Positions 1-9,834 of a stretch of DNA of 64,000 nucleotides are shown piece by piece. A program made the position numbers and the translations under genes. The notes below the pieces were generated by a model, which searched no databases, had not been told where the DNA came from, and saw only the letters and a program-made list of their open reading frames with translations. Where the stretch lies: NCBI RefSeq assembly GCF_025800385.1, contig NZ_JAOXRS010000223.1, one strand, 5' to 3'. Each line of letters begins with the position of its first letter. Position 1 is the first letter of the stretch. The DNA is from Candidatus Albibeggiatoa sp. nov. NOAA. GTDB taxonomy: Bacteria > Pseudomonadota > Gammaproteobacteria > Beggiatoales > Beggiatoaceae.

Positions 1-615
1 TTCCCAACAGGCAACTTAGTCGATGACTTAGAAGTTCCCGGAATTGGCACATTTAAAGCGACCATGATTAGCGCGGGTATTCCAACTGTATTTTTAAATG
101 CAGATGAAATCGGCTACACAGGCACAGAATTACAAGAAGCCATCAACGGCGATCCTGCGGCATTAGAACGCTTTGAAACCATTCGTGCATACGGTGCATT
201 ACGCATGGGCTTAATCAGCGATGTATCTGAGGCAGCCAACCGCCAACATACACCGAAAGTTGCATTTGTTGCCCCACCAACTGACTACACAGCTTCCAGC
301 GGTAAACAAATCACCAAAGACGACATCGATATTAACGTGCGGGCATTATCTATGGGCAAATTACACCATGCGATGATGGGTACGGCAGCAGTGGCGATCG
401 GTACAGCGGCGGCGATTCCTGGAACGTTGGTTAATCTTGCAGCAGGTGGTGGTGAGCGTAATGCCGTTCGTTTCGGACATCCATCAGGCACATTACGTGT
501 CGGCGCAGAAGCCAGCCAACAAGACGGTGAATGGGCAGTGGATAAAGCGATTATGAGCCGTAGCGCACGGGTATTAATGGAAGGTACTGTGCGAATTCCG
601 GGTGATAGTTTCTAA
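1..615 (+). CDS. prpF: 2-methylaconitate cis-trans isomerase PrpF family protein, 5'-truncated by window edge
   Basis: Frame 1 is open from base 1 (FPTGNLVDDLEVPGIGTFKAT-MISAGIPTVF...), so the listed ATG at 64 is internal. The C-terminal half shows PrpF-family blocks RQHTPKVAFVAPP, SMGKLHHAMMGTAAVAIGTAAAIPGT and RFGHPSGTLRVG. Confidence 0.8.
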   Translation, partial: FPTGNLVDDLEVPGIGTFKATMISAGIPTVFLNADEIGYTGTELQEAINGDPAALERFETIRAYGALRMGLISDVSEAANRQHTPKVAFVAPPTDYTASSGKQITKDDIDINVRALSMGKLHHAMMGTAAVAIGTAAAIPGTLVNLAAGGGERNAVRFGHPSGTLRVGAEASQQDGEWAVDKAIMSRSARVLMEGTVRIPGDSF

Positions 616-643
616 AGCTTAATTAAGAAATTACAAATATAAG

Positions 644-667
644 GCAGATCGAGAGGTCTGCTATTTA
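644..667 (+). terminator. Putative rho-independent terminator after prpF
   Basis: 7-bp stem gcagatc/ggtctgc (one G-U pair) with GAGA tetraloop, followed by tattta, 29 nt after the prpF stop. Confidence 0.45.
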
Positions 668-834
668 TAAGTGAAATCATTGAGTTTGCTGGGTCAAATC
701 ACACAGCATCTATTGCATAACTATCTTGTTGAGAAATAAATATATTAGCTAAATTAATAATTTATAAAATATTTTGATAAAGGTATATATTTTGCCATGA
801 CAGTCATTTTTTATTTTCTGACGGGGAGAAATAT

Positions 835-1572
835 ATGCAGATGTATCACAAAGCTTTGGTAGCAGCAGGCTTGCTGAGTTGTAGCTTAACCGTGTTTGGC
901 CATGCTGGATACAAACCCAAAGATATTAATGACAATTATGACGGACGACGTTATGCAGAAGGCAGTACGGCTTACTTGTCAATAACTGTGCCTCATGGTT
1001 GCAAAGGTGCAAATGGTGAGCGTTATACAACAAACCATGTTGGCGTTGTATTGCCTTCAATGGTGGCCTTACCTGCAGAACAAGCAATCACAAAGGATCG
1101 TAACGGCAATCAATATGGTGCAAATGCGATCATGGGTATCAAAGTCGCAATTGATAATAATTGGGCAGTAGTGCGTGGTTTACGCGGTGATGTCAGTGAA
1201 TTTTATAGCCATGGCATACGTACTAACGATATTTATGCAATTCATTGGCTAGGTGGTGAATTACCTGATAATATGTATGCAGAGCTTAAATTCCGTGCAA
1301 CATTACCTACATTAACAGGCTGTGTCACCAAAATGCGTGTCTATACTCCAGCTATCCAATATTGTGGTGAGCGACAAATGGTATGGAATGCGGAAGCAAC
1401 CGCTGAATTCCCTGAAGAAAGTATTTCCAGTGGTTATACCCCTTATTTTGATGTGATGCGCAATGTGGACAATAATCCTTTAGACGACAGTTGTATTGAA
1501 GAAATAGAACTCGAAGTAACACCGCCTGCAGATCAAATTGATTGGTATTTATCTCCTCGAGAAATTTATTAA
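835..1572 (+). CDS. Secreted YcnI/DUF1775-like protein (possible copper-binding), function uncertain
   Basis: Signal peptide (KALVAAGLLSCSLTVFG) followed directly by His (HAGY...). Layout resembles YcnI/DUF1775: early beta-strand block ending in VPHGC, and a late W-L-G-G-x-L-P...F block (IHWLGGELPDNMYAELKF). Family call is by eye only. Confidence 0.45.
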   Translation: MQMYHKALVAAGLLSCSLTVFGHAGYKPKDINDNYDGRRYAEGSTAYLSITVPHGCKGANGERYTTNHVGVVLPSMVALPAEQAITKDRNGNQYGANAIMGIKVAIDNNWAVVRGLRGDVSEFYSHGIRTNDIYAIHWLGGELPDNMYAELKFRATLPTLTGCVTKMRVYTPAIQYCGERQMVWNAEATAEFPEESISSGYTPYFDVMRNVDNNPLDDSCIEEIELEVTPPADQIDWYLSPREIY

Positions 1573-1610
1573 TATTCTGTATTTTGCAGTAGTTCAATGA
1601 TTAATAAGGT

Positions 1611-1654
1611 GATTAAGCAATATTTACAGCCTTAGCTTAATCGCCCCTCTTTTT
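1611..1654 (+). terminator. Possible terminator hairpin downstream of the YcnI-like gene
   Basis: Perfect 8-bp inverted repeat gattaagc...gcttaatc with a 16-nt loop, followed by gcccctcttttt. The long loop makes it weak. Confidence 0.35.
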
Positions 1655-1694
1655 AGAAATGCACTTCTCCATGCAACAATAATTAAAAAATGAA

Positions 1695-1729
1695 TTGGAC
1701 GTACGGTATACACTACGCTATGCTAAAAT
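1695..1729 (+). promoter_or_regulatory. Candidate sigma70 promoter for trpE
   Basis: TTGGAC (1695-1700), 18 nt, TATGCT (1719-1724), overlapping an extended -10-like TGcTAAAAT (1721-1729). About 40 nt upstream of the ATG at 1769. Pattern match only. Confidence 0.3.
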
Positions 1730-1768
1730 GCTGTATTGTTTATTCGTTGTTTATTGTTAGTTGCCAAC

Positions 1769-3250
1769 ATGACTCCAGAAAAATATTCCCAACTTGTGCA
1801 GCAAGGCTACAATCGCATCCCTGTTTTGCGAGAAGTACTTGCTGATTTAGATACGCCGCTCAGTGCCTACCTTAAACTGGCTAACGGTGCATATTCTTAT
1901 CTATTTGAGTCCGTACAAGGTGGTGAAAAGTGGGGACGCTATTCAATCATCGGCCTACCAGCAAAAACCATTGTTAAAATCTATGGGCACGAAATTCAAA
2001 TCGTTGAACAAGGTCAGATTGTGGAAACGATTCAAGCTGATGATCCTTTAGAATGGATTAAAAGCTTTCAACAACGTTATCAAGTGCCAGAAGAATATTT
2101 TGAAACCCCGCCATTTACAGGTGGTTTGGTTGGTTACTTTGGCTATGACACTGTGCGCTATGTCGAACCGCGTTTAGCTAAAACCCAGCCCAAAAACGAC
2201 CCATTGGGTAATCCTGATATTTTGTTGATGGTGTCAGATGAAGTGTTGGTTTTTGATAACTTGAAAGGTGAAATCTTTCTTGTTGTTCATGCTAATCCTG
2301 AACATGAAAATGCTTTACAACAGGCAGAATCTCGCTTAGATCAATTAGTCGAACAGCTGAAACAACCATTACCTCAACAAGAAAAAACGACCGCTTATAA
2401 TATTGACGAATCAGATTTCAAAACTGGTTTCGGATATGAAGCCTTTAAGCAAGCGGTAGATAAAACCAAGCATTACATCTTGGAAGGCGACATCATGCAA
2501 GCGGTATTATCACAGCGGATGTCATTACCTTGTGCGATTCCACCACTGAATATCTATCGTGCATTACGTTATCTCAATCCGTCACCTTATTTGTTTTATC
2601 TTGATTTAGATGATTTCCATATTGTTGGCTCATCTCCTGAAATTTTAGTTCGTTTCCAAGATAACGAAGTGACTGTGCGTCCAATTGCGGGCACTCGTCC
2701 ACGTGGCAAAACTAAAGCAGAAGATATTGAGTTAGAACAAGACTTACTGGCTGACCCAAAAGAGTTAGCAGAACACTTAATGTTAATCGATTTAGGTCGT
2801 AATGATGTGGGTCGCGTGGCTGAAATTGGTAGTGTGAAGCTGACAGATAAGATGATTATCGAACGCTATTCGCATGTAATGCACATTGTGTCTAATGTCA
2901 CGGGACAGCTAAAACCCGATTTAAATGCAATTGATGTATTAAAAGCCACATTCCCTGCAGGCACATTAAGCGGCGCGCCCAAGATTCGTGCAATGGAAAT
3001 TATTGATGAATTTGAACCTGTAAAGCGCGGTGTTTATGGTGGTGCTGTTGGCTATATCGCATGGCATGGTGAAATGGATACCGCAATTGCGATTCGAACC
3101 GCAGTGATTAAAGATCAAACCTTACATTTGCAGGTAGGTGCAGGTGTAGTGGCAGATTCAGTACCAGAAAACGAATGGCAAGAAACCATGAATAAAGGTC
3201 GTGCGGTATTTAGGGCGGTTGCAATGGCTGCCAATGATTTGCAGAAATAA
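1769..3250 (+). CDS. trpE: Anthranilate synthase component I
   Basis: Full-length TrpE-like translation ([19 protein letters not shown]..., [15 protein letters not shown], chorismate-binding blocks [42 protein letters not shown]). The ORF-track start at 1736 is a TTG. The ATG at 1769 gives the canonical N-terminus. Confidence 0.95.
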   Translation: MTPEKYSQLVQQGYNRIPVLREVLADLDTPLSAYLKLANGAYSYLFESVQGGEKWGRYSIIGLPAKTIVKIYGHEIQIVEQGQIVETIQADDPLEWIKSFQQRYQVPEEYFETPPFTGGLVGYFGYDTVRYVEPRLAKTQPKNDPLGNPDILLMVSDEVLVFDNLKGEIFLVVHANPEHENALQQAESRLDQLVEQLKQPLPQQEKTTAYNIDESDFKTGFGYEAFKQAVDKTKHYILEGDIMQAVLSQRMSLPCAIPPLNIYRALRYLNPSPYLFYLDLDDFHIVGSSPEILVRFQDNEVTVRPIAGTRPRGKTKAEDIELEQDLLADPKELAEHLMLIDLGRNDVGRVAEIGSVKLTDKMIIERYSHVMHIVSNVTGQLKPDLNAIDVLKATFPAGTLSGAPKIRAMEIIDEFEPVKRGVYGGAVGYIAWHGEMDTAIAIRTAVIKDQTLHLQVGAGVVADSVPENEWQETMNKGRAVFRAVAMAANDLQK

Positions 3251-3252
3251 AG

Positions 3253-4821
3253 TTGAAACTTAATATGATGCGTATGGTTAATAGTCCAAGTAAAAATAAA
3301 ACCATTGTGCTTTTGTTTTTATTTGCTATTTTTACAGTAATCTTGATTAGAACCGCATGGTTGAGTGATGATGCATTAATTACATTTAAAACAGTAATTA
3401 ACTTTACAAGTGGATATGGCTTGGTTTTTAACTTGGGTGAGCGAGTGCAAGCTTATACACATACCTTGTGGTTTTTTGTATTGTCTTTTTTCTATTATTT
3501 TATTGGAAATATTTATTACACGACATTTCTCGTTTCGATTACAACGTCTATGTTAGCTGTTTACCTTCTAGCAAATCGTATTGCCATTCACTTTACTAGT
3601 ACTTTGTGGGTATTTGTTCTTTTATTATTTTCAAGCGCATTTATTGATTTTTCGACATCAGGGCTAGAGAATCCGATGTCATTTTTATTAATATCTGTTT
3701 ATTTTATGTGTTTTGTAAAATTGCAAAATGATGAATACCGCAAAGGCTTAACATTGCTTGTTTTTGTATTCTCTCTGCTATTTTTAAATAGACCAGATAT
3801 TATCTTAATCGGTTTACCTCTGTTAATATATGCAACTTTTAAAAGCTTCATTGTAAACCAATCTATTATAAAGCTGCTTTTTCAATATGCTTTAGGTTTG
3901 ATCTTGTTATTAGCATGGGAAATCTTTTCAATATTTTACTACGGTTTTCCATTGCCAAACACGGCATATGCCAAACTTGGAACAGGTATTCAACAATCAG
4001 AACTATATTATCAAGGTCTATCCTATTTTTTAGATTCTATACAATATGATCCTATTACACTTATTGTTATTTTTGCTGCATTGGCTTTAAGTTTTGCACG
4101 TAAACATACAGTACAAATATTACTTTCCCTTGGTATTATTTTATATTTATTATATATTTTGAAAATTGGTGGCGACTTCATGTCTGGTCGCTTTTTTGCC
4201 GTGCCGTTTTTTACAGCATTAATCATTTTATCCCTCATCAAATTTCAAAATAATCATATTTTTTTGGTTGTTCTTAGCATTTCTATAGTAGTTGGTTTTT
4301 CCTCTATTCAAATAAATGGTAGCAGCATATTAAGAGGTGAAATCTATCATAGTGAGGTTGACCCTAATTCATTCATTAGGAAAAATACAGGTATTGCAGA
4401 TGAAAGAAAATTTTATCACCTCAAAGGATATGGGTTCTTAACTGCAAAAGAAGGACATTTTGAGCAAAAAATAAATAACTATGAAGACACCTATGTACAC
4501 CTTAACAGCATTCTCCAAGTATGTGGAGGTTTGGGTGAATATAGTATGACTAACAAATTGGATGTCTATATCCTTGATACCTGTGCTTTATCAGACCCTC
4601 TATTGTCACGATTACCAATAAAAAATATACATCATTGGCGTGCTGGTCATTTTCAAAGAGCTGTGCCTGATGGTTATAGGGAATCCATTTTCACTAATGA
4701 AAACTTAATAGAAAAGCCTGAATTAAAGTTACTTTATGATGATATTCGCTTAATTACACGAGGTGACTTGTTTGATAGGCAGCGACTTATCACTATTGCC
4801 AAAATAAATTTAGGTCTATGA
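3253..4821 (+). CDS. Polytopic membrane protein, GT-C-type glycosyltransferase-like (ArnT/PMT/arabinofuranosyltransferase-like)
   Basis: At least 10 predicted TM helices. An N-terminal loop motif AWLSDDALITFKTVINFTSGYGLVFNLGERVQAYTHTLW resembles the acidic DD(A/x) first-loop motif of GT-C enzymes. Large C-terminal soluble part. Start is uncertain (TTG at 3253; ATGs at 3265/3268/3274). Confidence 0.5.
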   Translation: MKLNMMRMVNSPSKNKTIVLLFLFAIFTVILIRTAWLSDDALITFKTVINFTSGYGLVFNLGERVQAYTHTLWFFVLSFFYYFIGNIYYTTFLVSITTSMLAVYLLANRIAIHFTSTLWVFVLLLFSSAFIDFSTSGLENPMSFLLISVYFMCFVKLQNDEYRKGLTLLVFVFSLLFLNRPDIILIGLPLLIYATFKSFIVNQSIIKLLFQYALGLILLLAWEIFSIFYYGFPLPNTAYAKLGTGIQQSELYYQGLSYFLDSIQYDPITLIVIFAALALSFARKHTVQILLSLGIILYLLYILKIGGDFMSGRFFAVPFFTALIILSLIKFQNNHIFLVVLSISIVVGFSSIQINGSSILRGEIYHSEVDPNSFIRKNTGIADERKFYHLKGYGFLTAKEGHFEQKINNYEDTYVHLNSILQVCGGLGEYSMTNKLDVYILDTCALSDPLLSRLPIKNIHHWRAGHFQRAVPDGYRESIFTNENLIEKPELKLLYDDIRLITRGDLFDRQRLITIAKINLGL

Positions 4822-4976
4822 TTTTATGGCAATCGAATAAACCTTATTTTCCAGCATAAATACTATAAACTTGCTTGAATACCATGTTTAATAGTGAATT
4901 TACTTCTAATCCTAAAGGTTTTTTAACATGTATTTTTATGCTATATCTGACCCTAAAATGAGCTAAGGATAGCACT

Positions 4977-5558
4977 ATGTTGTTAATGATAGACAATTAC
5001 GATTCATTTACTTATAACCTAGTCCAATACTTTGGTGAGCTAGATGCTGAGGTTAAAGTAGTACGCAACGATCAAATTAATATTGATGAGATTCATGAGT
5101 TAGCACCTGATTTTATTGTTGTGTCCCCCGGCCCTTGCACACCTTCTCAAGCGGGTATTTCTATCGAGGCAATTCAACAGTTTGCGGGTAAAATTCCAAT
5201 TTTAGGGGTGTGTTTAGGCCACCAAAGTATTGGTCAGGCATTTGATGGGGATGTGGTTCATGCTAAGCAAATTATGCATGGCAAAACTTCACCTATTTAT
5301 CATAATAATCAGGGTATTTTTAAAGGCTTAGCTAATCCATTTATTGCGACACGCTATCACTCTTTGGTTGTTGCTCATGACAGCTTACCTGCTGACTTAG
5401 AGGTAACAGCATGGACACAAACAGAAGACGGGCAAATTGATGAAATTATGGGGATGCGTCATCAAAGCTTCGCAATACAAGGTGTACAATTCCACCCAGA
5501 GTCCATTTTAACCCAGCACGGACATGACTTATTGCAAAATTTTCTAAAACAAGTTTAA
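4977..5558 (+). CDS. trpG: Anthranilate synthase component II / aminodeoxychorismate synthase glutamine amidotransferase
   Basis: Class-I glutamine amidotransferase: [15 protein letters not shown], catalytic GVCLGHQ, and HPES near the C-terminus. 193 aa, typical TrpG/PabA size. Confidence 0.9.
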   Translation: MLLMIDNYDSFTYNLVQYFGELDAEVKVVRNDQINIDEIHELAPDFIVVSPGPCTPSQAGISIEAIQQFAGKIPILGVCLGHQSIGQAFDGDVVHAKQIMHGKTSPIYHNNQGIFKGLANPFIATRYHSLVVAHDSLPADLEVTAWTQTEDGQIDEIMGMRHQSFAIQGVQFHPESILTQHGHDLLQNFLKQV

Positions 5559-5747
5559 GTTAATGTGGTTATAGCATTTTTTTCGTCATTATAAATATGT
5601 TATAACCATAAAAACCATTCTGAAAACGGTAATGAATCTTGCATAAGAGTGACAATCATGCAGACATCACCTAAATCAATATGCAGTTTCACAAAAAATA
5701 CACTATAGTTAGGCCTAATTACTTTAAAGCATTCGGGTAGAGCGCGT

Positions 5748-7475
5748 ATGGCAGTTTCCAAATCAAAAATTATTTTAACAGGATTGGCGCGTAAATTAGT
5801 CAATGAGAAGTTACTCAATGAAGAAGATGCTGAGGCCGCATTCGAAAAGGCTCTAGCAGAACGTACGCCTTTTGTATCCTACGTTGTCAAAAATGACCTT
5901 GTATCGAGCCGTGAAGTTGCCCGAGCTGCAGCTGAAGAGTTTGGTGCACCTTTGGTCGACATTGACAGTATTGAATTGAATCCAGACATTATTAAAAGTA
6001 TCGATGAAAGATTACTTAAGCAACATGCAGCATTGCCTATTTTTAAACGGGGTAATCGTATGTTTGTGGCAATGTCAGATCCAACCAATTTAGGTGCATT
6101 AGATGACATTCGGTTTCACACTAAGATGAATACTGAAGCAGTGATCGTTGAAGATGATAAATTAACAAAAGTCATTGAACGGTCATTAGAATTATTCGAT
6201 GATACGATGAAGGATTTGGAAGAAGGCCTTGGCGATATTGAGTTAGAGGAAGAAGAAGACGATAAAAAAGAGGAAGATGATAAAGAGGCCGTTGAAGATG
6301 CACCAATTGTTAAATTCGTGAATAAAATGTTACTCGATGCGATTAAAATGGGTGCGTCAGATTTACATTTTGAACCATATGAAAAGTTTTATCGAGTGCG
6401 CTTTCGCGTGGATGGTATTTTACGAGTCGTTGCCAATCCGCCAATCAGTTTGCAACGCAAAATCTCAGCGCGTGTTAAGGTGATGTCACGCTTAGACGTA
6501 TCAGAACGTCGTGTTCCGCAAGATGGTCGTATTAAGTTAAAACTCTCTGCCAATAAATCCATCGACTTCCGTGTCAGTACCATGCCGACCTTATGGGGTG
6601 AAAAAGTCGTAATGCGGATTTTGGATTCTTCCGCGGCTAACTTAGATATTGATAAATTAGGTTATGAAGAAGATCAGAAGAGACTGTACTTAGAAGCGTT
6701 GGCTAATCCTTACGGTATGGTGCTGGTTACAGGGCCTACGGGTAGTGGTAAAACAGTTTCACTGTATACAGGAATTAACATTCTAAATAAAGAAGGCGTA
6801 AATATTTCAACCGCAGAAGACCCCGTGGAAATTAACTTACCGGGAGTAAATCAGGTGCAAGTCGATGAAAGAACAGGCATGAGCTTCGCCAAAGCTTTGA
6901 AGGCGTTCTTACGGCAGGATCCTGATATTATTCTGGTTGGTGAGATTCGTGATATTGAAACAGGTGGGATTGCAATTAAAGCCGCGAGTACGGGTCACAT
7001 GGTAATGTCAACCTTGCATACTAATGATGCGCCACAAACTTTAACTCGTATGATTGACATGGGGTTACCACCGTTTGCCATTGCGTCTTCAGTTAACCTG
7101 ATTATGGCACAACGTTTAGCACGTCGCTTATGTCCACATTGTAAAGAAGAACAAAAAATACCTGAAACAACATTAAAAAAAGAAGGCTTTACTACAGAAC
7201 AGATCAAAGACCCAGACTTTAAATTATACGCAGCACGCCCTGGAGGTTGTGAAAAGTGTAACGGTCTTGGTTATAAAGGTCGTGTGGGTATTTATCAGGT
7301 CATGCCTATTTCAGATGCAATGAAACGTTTAATCATGGAAGGCCGAAATGCCGTAGACTTGGCTGACCAAGCAGCAGAAGAAGGTATTCCAGATTTACGT
7401 CAATCAGGCTTAAAGAAAGCAGCTGAAGGTGTGACCTCACTTGAGGAAGTAAACCGTGTTGTAAGTAAGGACTAA
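5748..7475 (+). CDS. pilB: Type IV pilus assembly ATPase PilB
   Basis: GspE/PilB family: N-terminal MshEN-like region, Walker A GPTGSGKT, Asp/His boxes, tetracysteine CPHC...CEKC motif. Followed by pilC and pilD. Confidence 0.95.
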   Translation: MAVSKSKIILTGLARKLVNEKLLNEEDAEAAFEKALAERTPFVSYVVKNDLVSSREVARAAAEEFGAPLVDIDSIELNPDIIKSIDERLLKQHAALPIFKRGNRMFVAMSDPTNLGALDDIRFHTKMNTEAVIVEDDKLTKVIERSLELFDDTMKDLEEGLGDIELEEEEDDKKEEDDKEAVEDAPIVKFVNKMLLDAIKMGASDLHFEPYEKFYRVRFRVDGILRVVANPPISLQRKISARVKVMSRLDVSERRVPQDGRIKLKLSANKSIDFRVSTMPTLWGEKVVMRILDSSAANLDIDKLGYEEDQKRLYLEALANPYGMVLVTGPTGSGKTVSLYTGINILNKEGVNISTAEDPVEINLPGVNQVQVDERTGMSFAKALKAFLRQDPDIILVGEIRDIETGGIAIKAASTGHMVMSTLHTNDAPQTLTRMIDMGLPPFAIASSVNLIMAQRLARRLCPHCKEEQKIPETTLKKEGFTTEQIKDPDFKLYAARPGGCEKCNGLGYKGRVGIYQVMPISDAMKRLIMEGRNAVDLADQAAEEGIPDLRQSGLKKAAEGVTSLEEVNRVVSKD

Positions 7476-7481
7476 TCCATT

Positions 7482-8708
7482 ATGGCTGACAAAAAAGATA
7501 CATCCGTTATGTTTGTCTGGGAAGGCAAAGATAAAACAGGAAAGAAAGTAAAGGGCGAACGCTCAGGAAAAAGCGATACCATCGTCAAGGCAATGTTACG
7601 CCGTGAAGGGATTATTGTAACGAAGGTTAAAAAGAAACCAAAAGCCTTATTTGGCGGAGGTGGCGGTAAACCTATTACTGCTTCAGATATTGCTTTATTT
7701 GCCCGTCAGCTCACAACTATGATGGAGTCAGGTGTACCTTTGCTGCAATCATTTGATATTGTGGGTCAAGGTCATGAAAATCCCACCATGCAAAAATTGA
7801 TTATGGCTTTAAAGGCAGATATTGAAGCAGGCGGTACTTTAGCAGATGCGTTGCGTAAATACCCCGATCAATTTGATACCTTATTCTGTAATCTAGTCGA
7901 AGCAGGTGAGCAAGCAGGTATTTTAGAATCACTCTTAAACAAAGTGGCAACGTATAAAGAAAAATCAGAAGCGATTAAGAAAAAAATTAAAGGTGCATTG
8001 AGTTATCCTGTTTCTATTCTTGTGGTTGCATCTGGTGTAAGTGCGATTTTGTTAATTTTCGTTGTGCCTGTATTTGCTGATTTATTCTCTGGTTTTGGTG
8101 CTGATTTACCAGCATTAACCGCAATGGTTGTGTATTTATCTGATCAATTAAAACTATATTGGTTGCATGTCTTGGTTGTCATTTTTGCGATTAAAACAGC
8201 TTATCAGCAAGCGAATAAACGATCGAAAAAATTCAATGAAGCGATGCAACGCCTATCACTTAAATTACCTGTGTTTGGTGAATTAATTCGCTTATCTTCT
8301 ATTGCACGTTTTGCACGTACCATGTCCACCATGTTTGCAGCGGGTACACCAATGGTAGAAGCGATGGATTCGGTTGCAGGCGCAACAGGCAATATTGTGT
8401 ATTATGATGCAGTAATGAAAATGAAAGGCGACATTTCTACAGGTACAGCATTAGCAGATAGTATGCGTGATTGTGGCAATGTATGGCCAAACATGGTTGT
8501 ACAAATGGTGCAAATTGGTGAAGAATCTGGTGCTATTGATAAAATGCTCGCTAAAGTAGCTGATTACTATGAAGAAGAAGTTGACGAAATGGTGGAAAAA
8601 ATCAGTGCAATGATGGAACCTATGATTATGGCATTCTTAGGTGTTGTGATTGGTGGTTTAGTATTAGCGATGTATTTACCAATCTTCAAAATGGGTGAAG
8701 TTATTTAA
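7482..8708 (+). CDS. pilC: Type IV pilus inner-membrane platform protein PilC
   Basis: GspF/PilC family, two repeated T2SSF domains, 408 aa, starts 6 nt after pilB. Confidence 0.95.
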   Translation: MADKKDTSVMFVWEGKDKTGKKVKGERSGKSDTIVKAMLRREGIIVTKVKKKPKALFGGGGGKPITASDIALFARQLTTMMESGVPLLQSFDIVGQGHENPTMQKLIMALKADIEAGGTLADALRKYPDQFDTLFCNLVEAGEQAGILESLLNKVATYKEKSEAIKKKIKGALSYPVSILVVASGVSAILLIFVVPVFADLFSGFGADLPALTAMVVYLSDQLKLYWLHVLVVIFAIKTAYQQANKRSKKFNEAMQRLSLKLPVFGELIRLSSIARFARTMSTMFAAGTPMVEAMDSVAGATGNIVYYDAVMKMKGDISTGTALADSMRDCGNVWPNMVVQMVQIGEESGAIDKMLAKVADYYEEEVDEMVEKISAMMEPMIMAFLGVVIGGLVLAMYLPIFKMGEVI

Positions 8709-8750
8709 ACCTTTGCAACGTTTGATTTAGTATATTGTTAGGATAAATTT

Positions 8751-9665
8751 ATGGATTTTGTAGCTGAAATAGGTTCAACTGTTCGCCTGTTTTTCTTTAT
8801 TTTAGAACATGAGCCTATGATGCTGTATTTTACGGTAGGGTTGATTGGTCTGGTTGTGGGTAGTTTTCTTAATGTGGTGATTCACCGTCTGCCCATTATG
8901 ATGTTTAATGAGCTTAGACAACAGTGCCAAGAATACCTATCGTTGTCTGATGAAAAGTGTGCCGCTGAGTCTGGCAAAGTCTTTAATTTAAATACGCCTT
9001 CCTCACATTGTCCTCACTGTCAGCATAAAATTCGGTTTTGGGAAAATATCCCCATTATTAGCTATCTGTTTTTAGGCGGTCGTTGCTCTAATTGTAAAGC
9101 AGGTATTTCCATTCGTTACCCTCTGGTTGAGTTTTTTACTGCTCTGCTAGGTTTAATTGTCTGTTGGCAATTGGGTTATGGCATTGGGTTGGTATTTGCA
9201 CTGATTTTTACATGGGCATTGTTAGCAGCCAGTATGATTGACTTTGACCATCAGCTATTGCCTGACCAAATCACCTTACCTTTATTATGGCTAGGTATCG
9301 TATTTAATTTGTTTTTTCTCGGCTTTACCAGTTTAGAAAATAGTATCATCGGTGCAATTGCTGGCTATTTGTCTCTATGGTCAGTTTTTATGCTATTTAA
9401 ACTAGTCACTGGCAAAGAGGGCATGGGTTATGGTGATTTTAAACTGCTCGCTTTATTAGGTGCATGGCTTGGCTGGCAAGCTTTACCTATCATTATCTTG
9501 CTATCATCATTAGTCGGTTCAGTTGTTGGGATTGGTTTAATTTTAGTTGCTGGACGAGATAAAAATGTACCGATGCCATTTGGCCCTTTTCTCGCAGGTG
9601 CTGGCTGGTTAACCATGTTGTGGGGTGCTGAAATCCAACAATTTTACTTCAATATTAGCTTTTAG
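8751..9665 (+). CDS. pilD: Prepilin peptidase / N-methyltransferase PilD
   Basis: GSFLNVVIHRLP, Cys-rich methyltransferase loop CPHCQHKI...CSNCK, and catalytic-Asp blocks (MIDFDH; GMGYGDFKLLA). Confidence 0.95.
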   Translation: MDFVAEIGSTVRLFFFILEHEPMMLYFTVGLIGLVVGSFLNVVIHRLPIMMFNELRQQCQEYLSLSDEKCAAESGKVFNLNTPSSHCPHCQHKIRFWENIPIISYLFLGGRCSNCKAGISIRYPLVEFFTALLGLIVCWQLGYGIGLVFALIFTWALLAASMIDFDHQLLPDQITLPLLWLGIVFNLFFLGFTSLENSIIGAIAGYLSLWSVFMLFKLVTGKEGMGYGDFKLLALLGAWLGWQALPIIILLSSLVGSVVGIGLILVAGRDKNVPMPFGPFLAGAGWLTMLWGAEIQQFYFNISF

Positions 9666-9834
9666 CTATAGTCAATCCCGTTTTAGATATTAGGACTGAC
9701 CTCATTTTTGGAAAGTCTTGATATTTAGAACATAGTAGGATTACTAGTCCTAAAAATATAACATTTAAGAAAGAATTTACTATATTTATTCAATTAGCAC
9801 AAAAGTTTTGAATTTCAGCAGGAACTCAGTGCTT

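Noticed and set aside
1573-1768. Possible trp attenuator / leader peptide upstream of trpE
   Set aside because: The only short upstream ORF (ATG at 1690) has a single Trp codon, no tandem Trp codons, and runs out of frame into trpE. The hairpin at 1611-1654 lies upstream of the candidate promoter and looks like the terminator of the preceding gene.
5566-5608. Inverted repeat tggttata...tataacca after trpG as a terminator
   Set aside because: The stem is AT-rich, only 8 bp, with a roughly 27-nt loop and no following T-run. It is too weak to call.
5600-5818. 72-aa minus-strand ORF across the pilB start region
   Set aside because: It overlaps the pilB start and promoter region and has no recognisable features. 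I also looked for a divergent pilA here. No pilin-like N-terminus (F/M-TLIEL) is present.
9688-9751. Inverted repeat ttaggact...agtcctaa downstream of pilD
   Set aside because: The stem is 8 bp with a roughly 47-nt loop. It may contribute to termination between the convergent genes, but it is not a canonical terminator.
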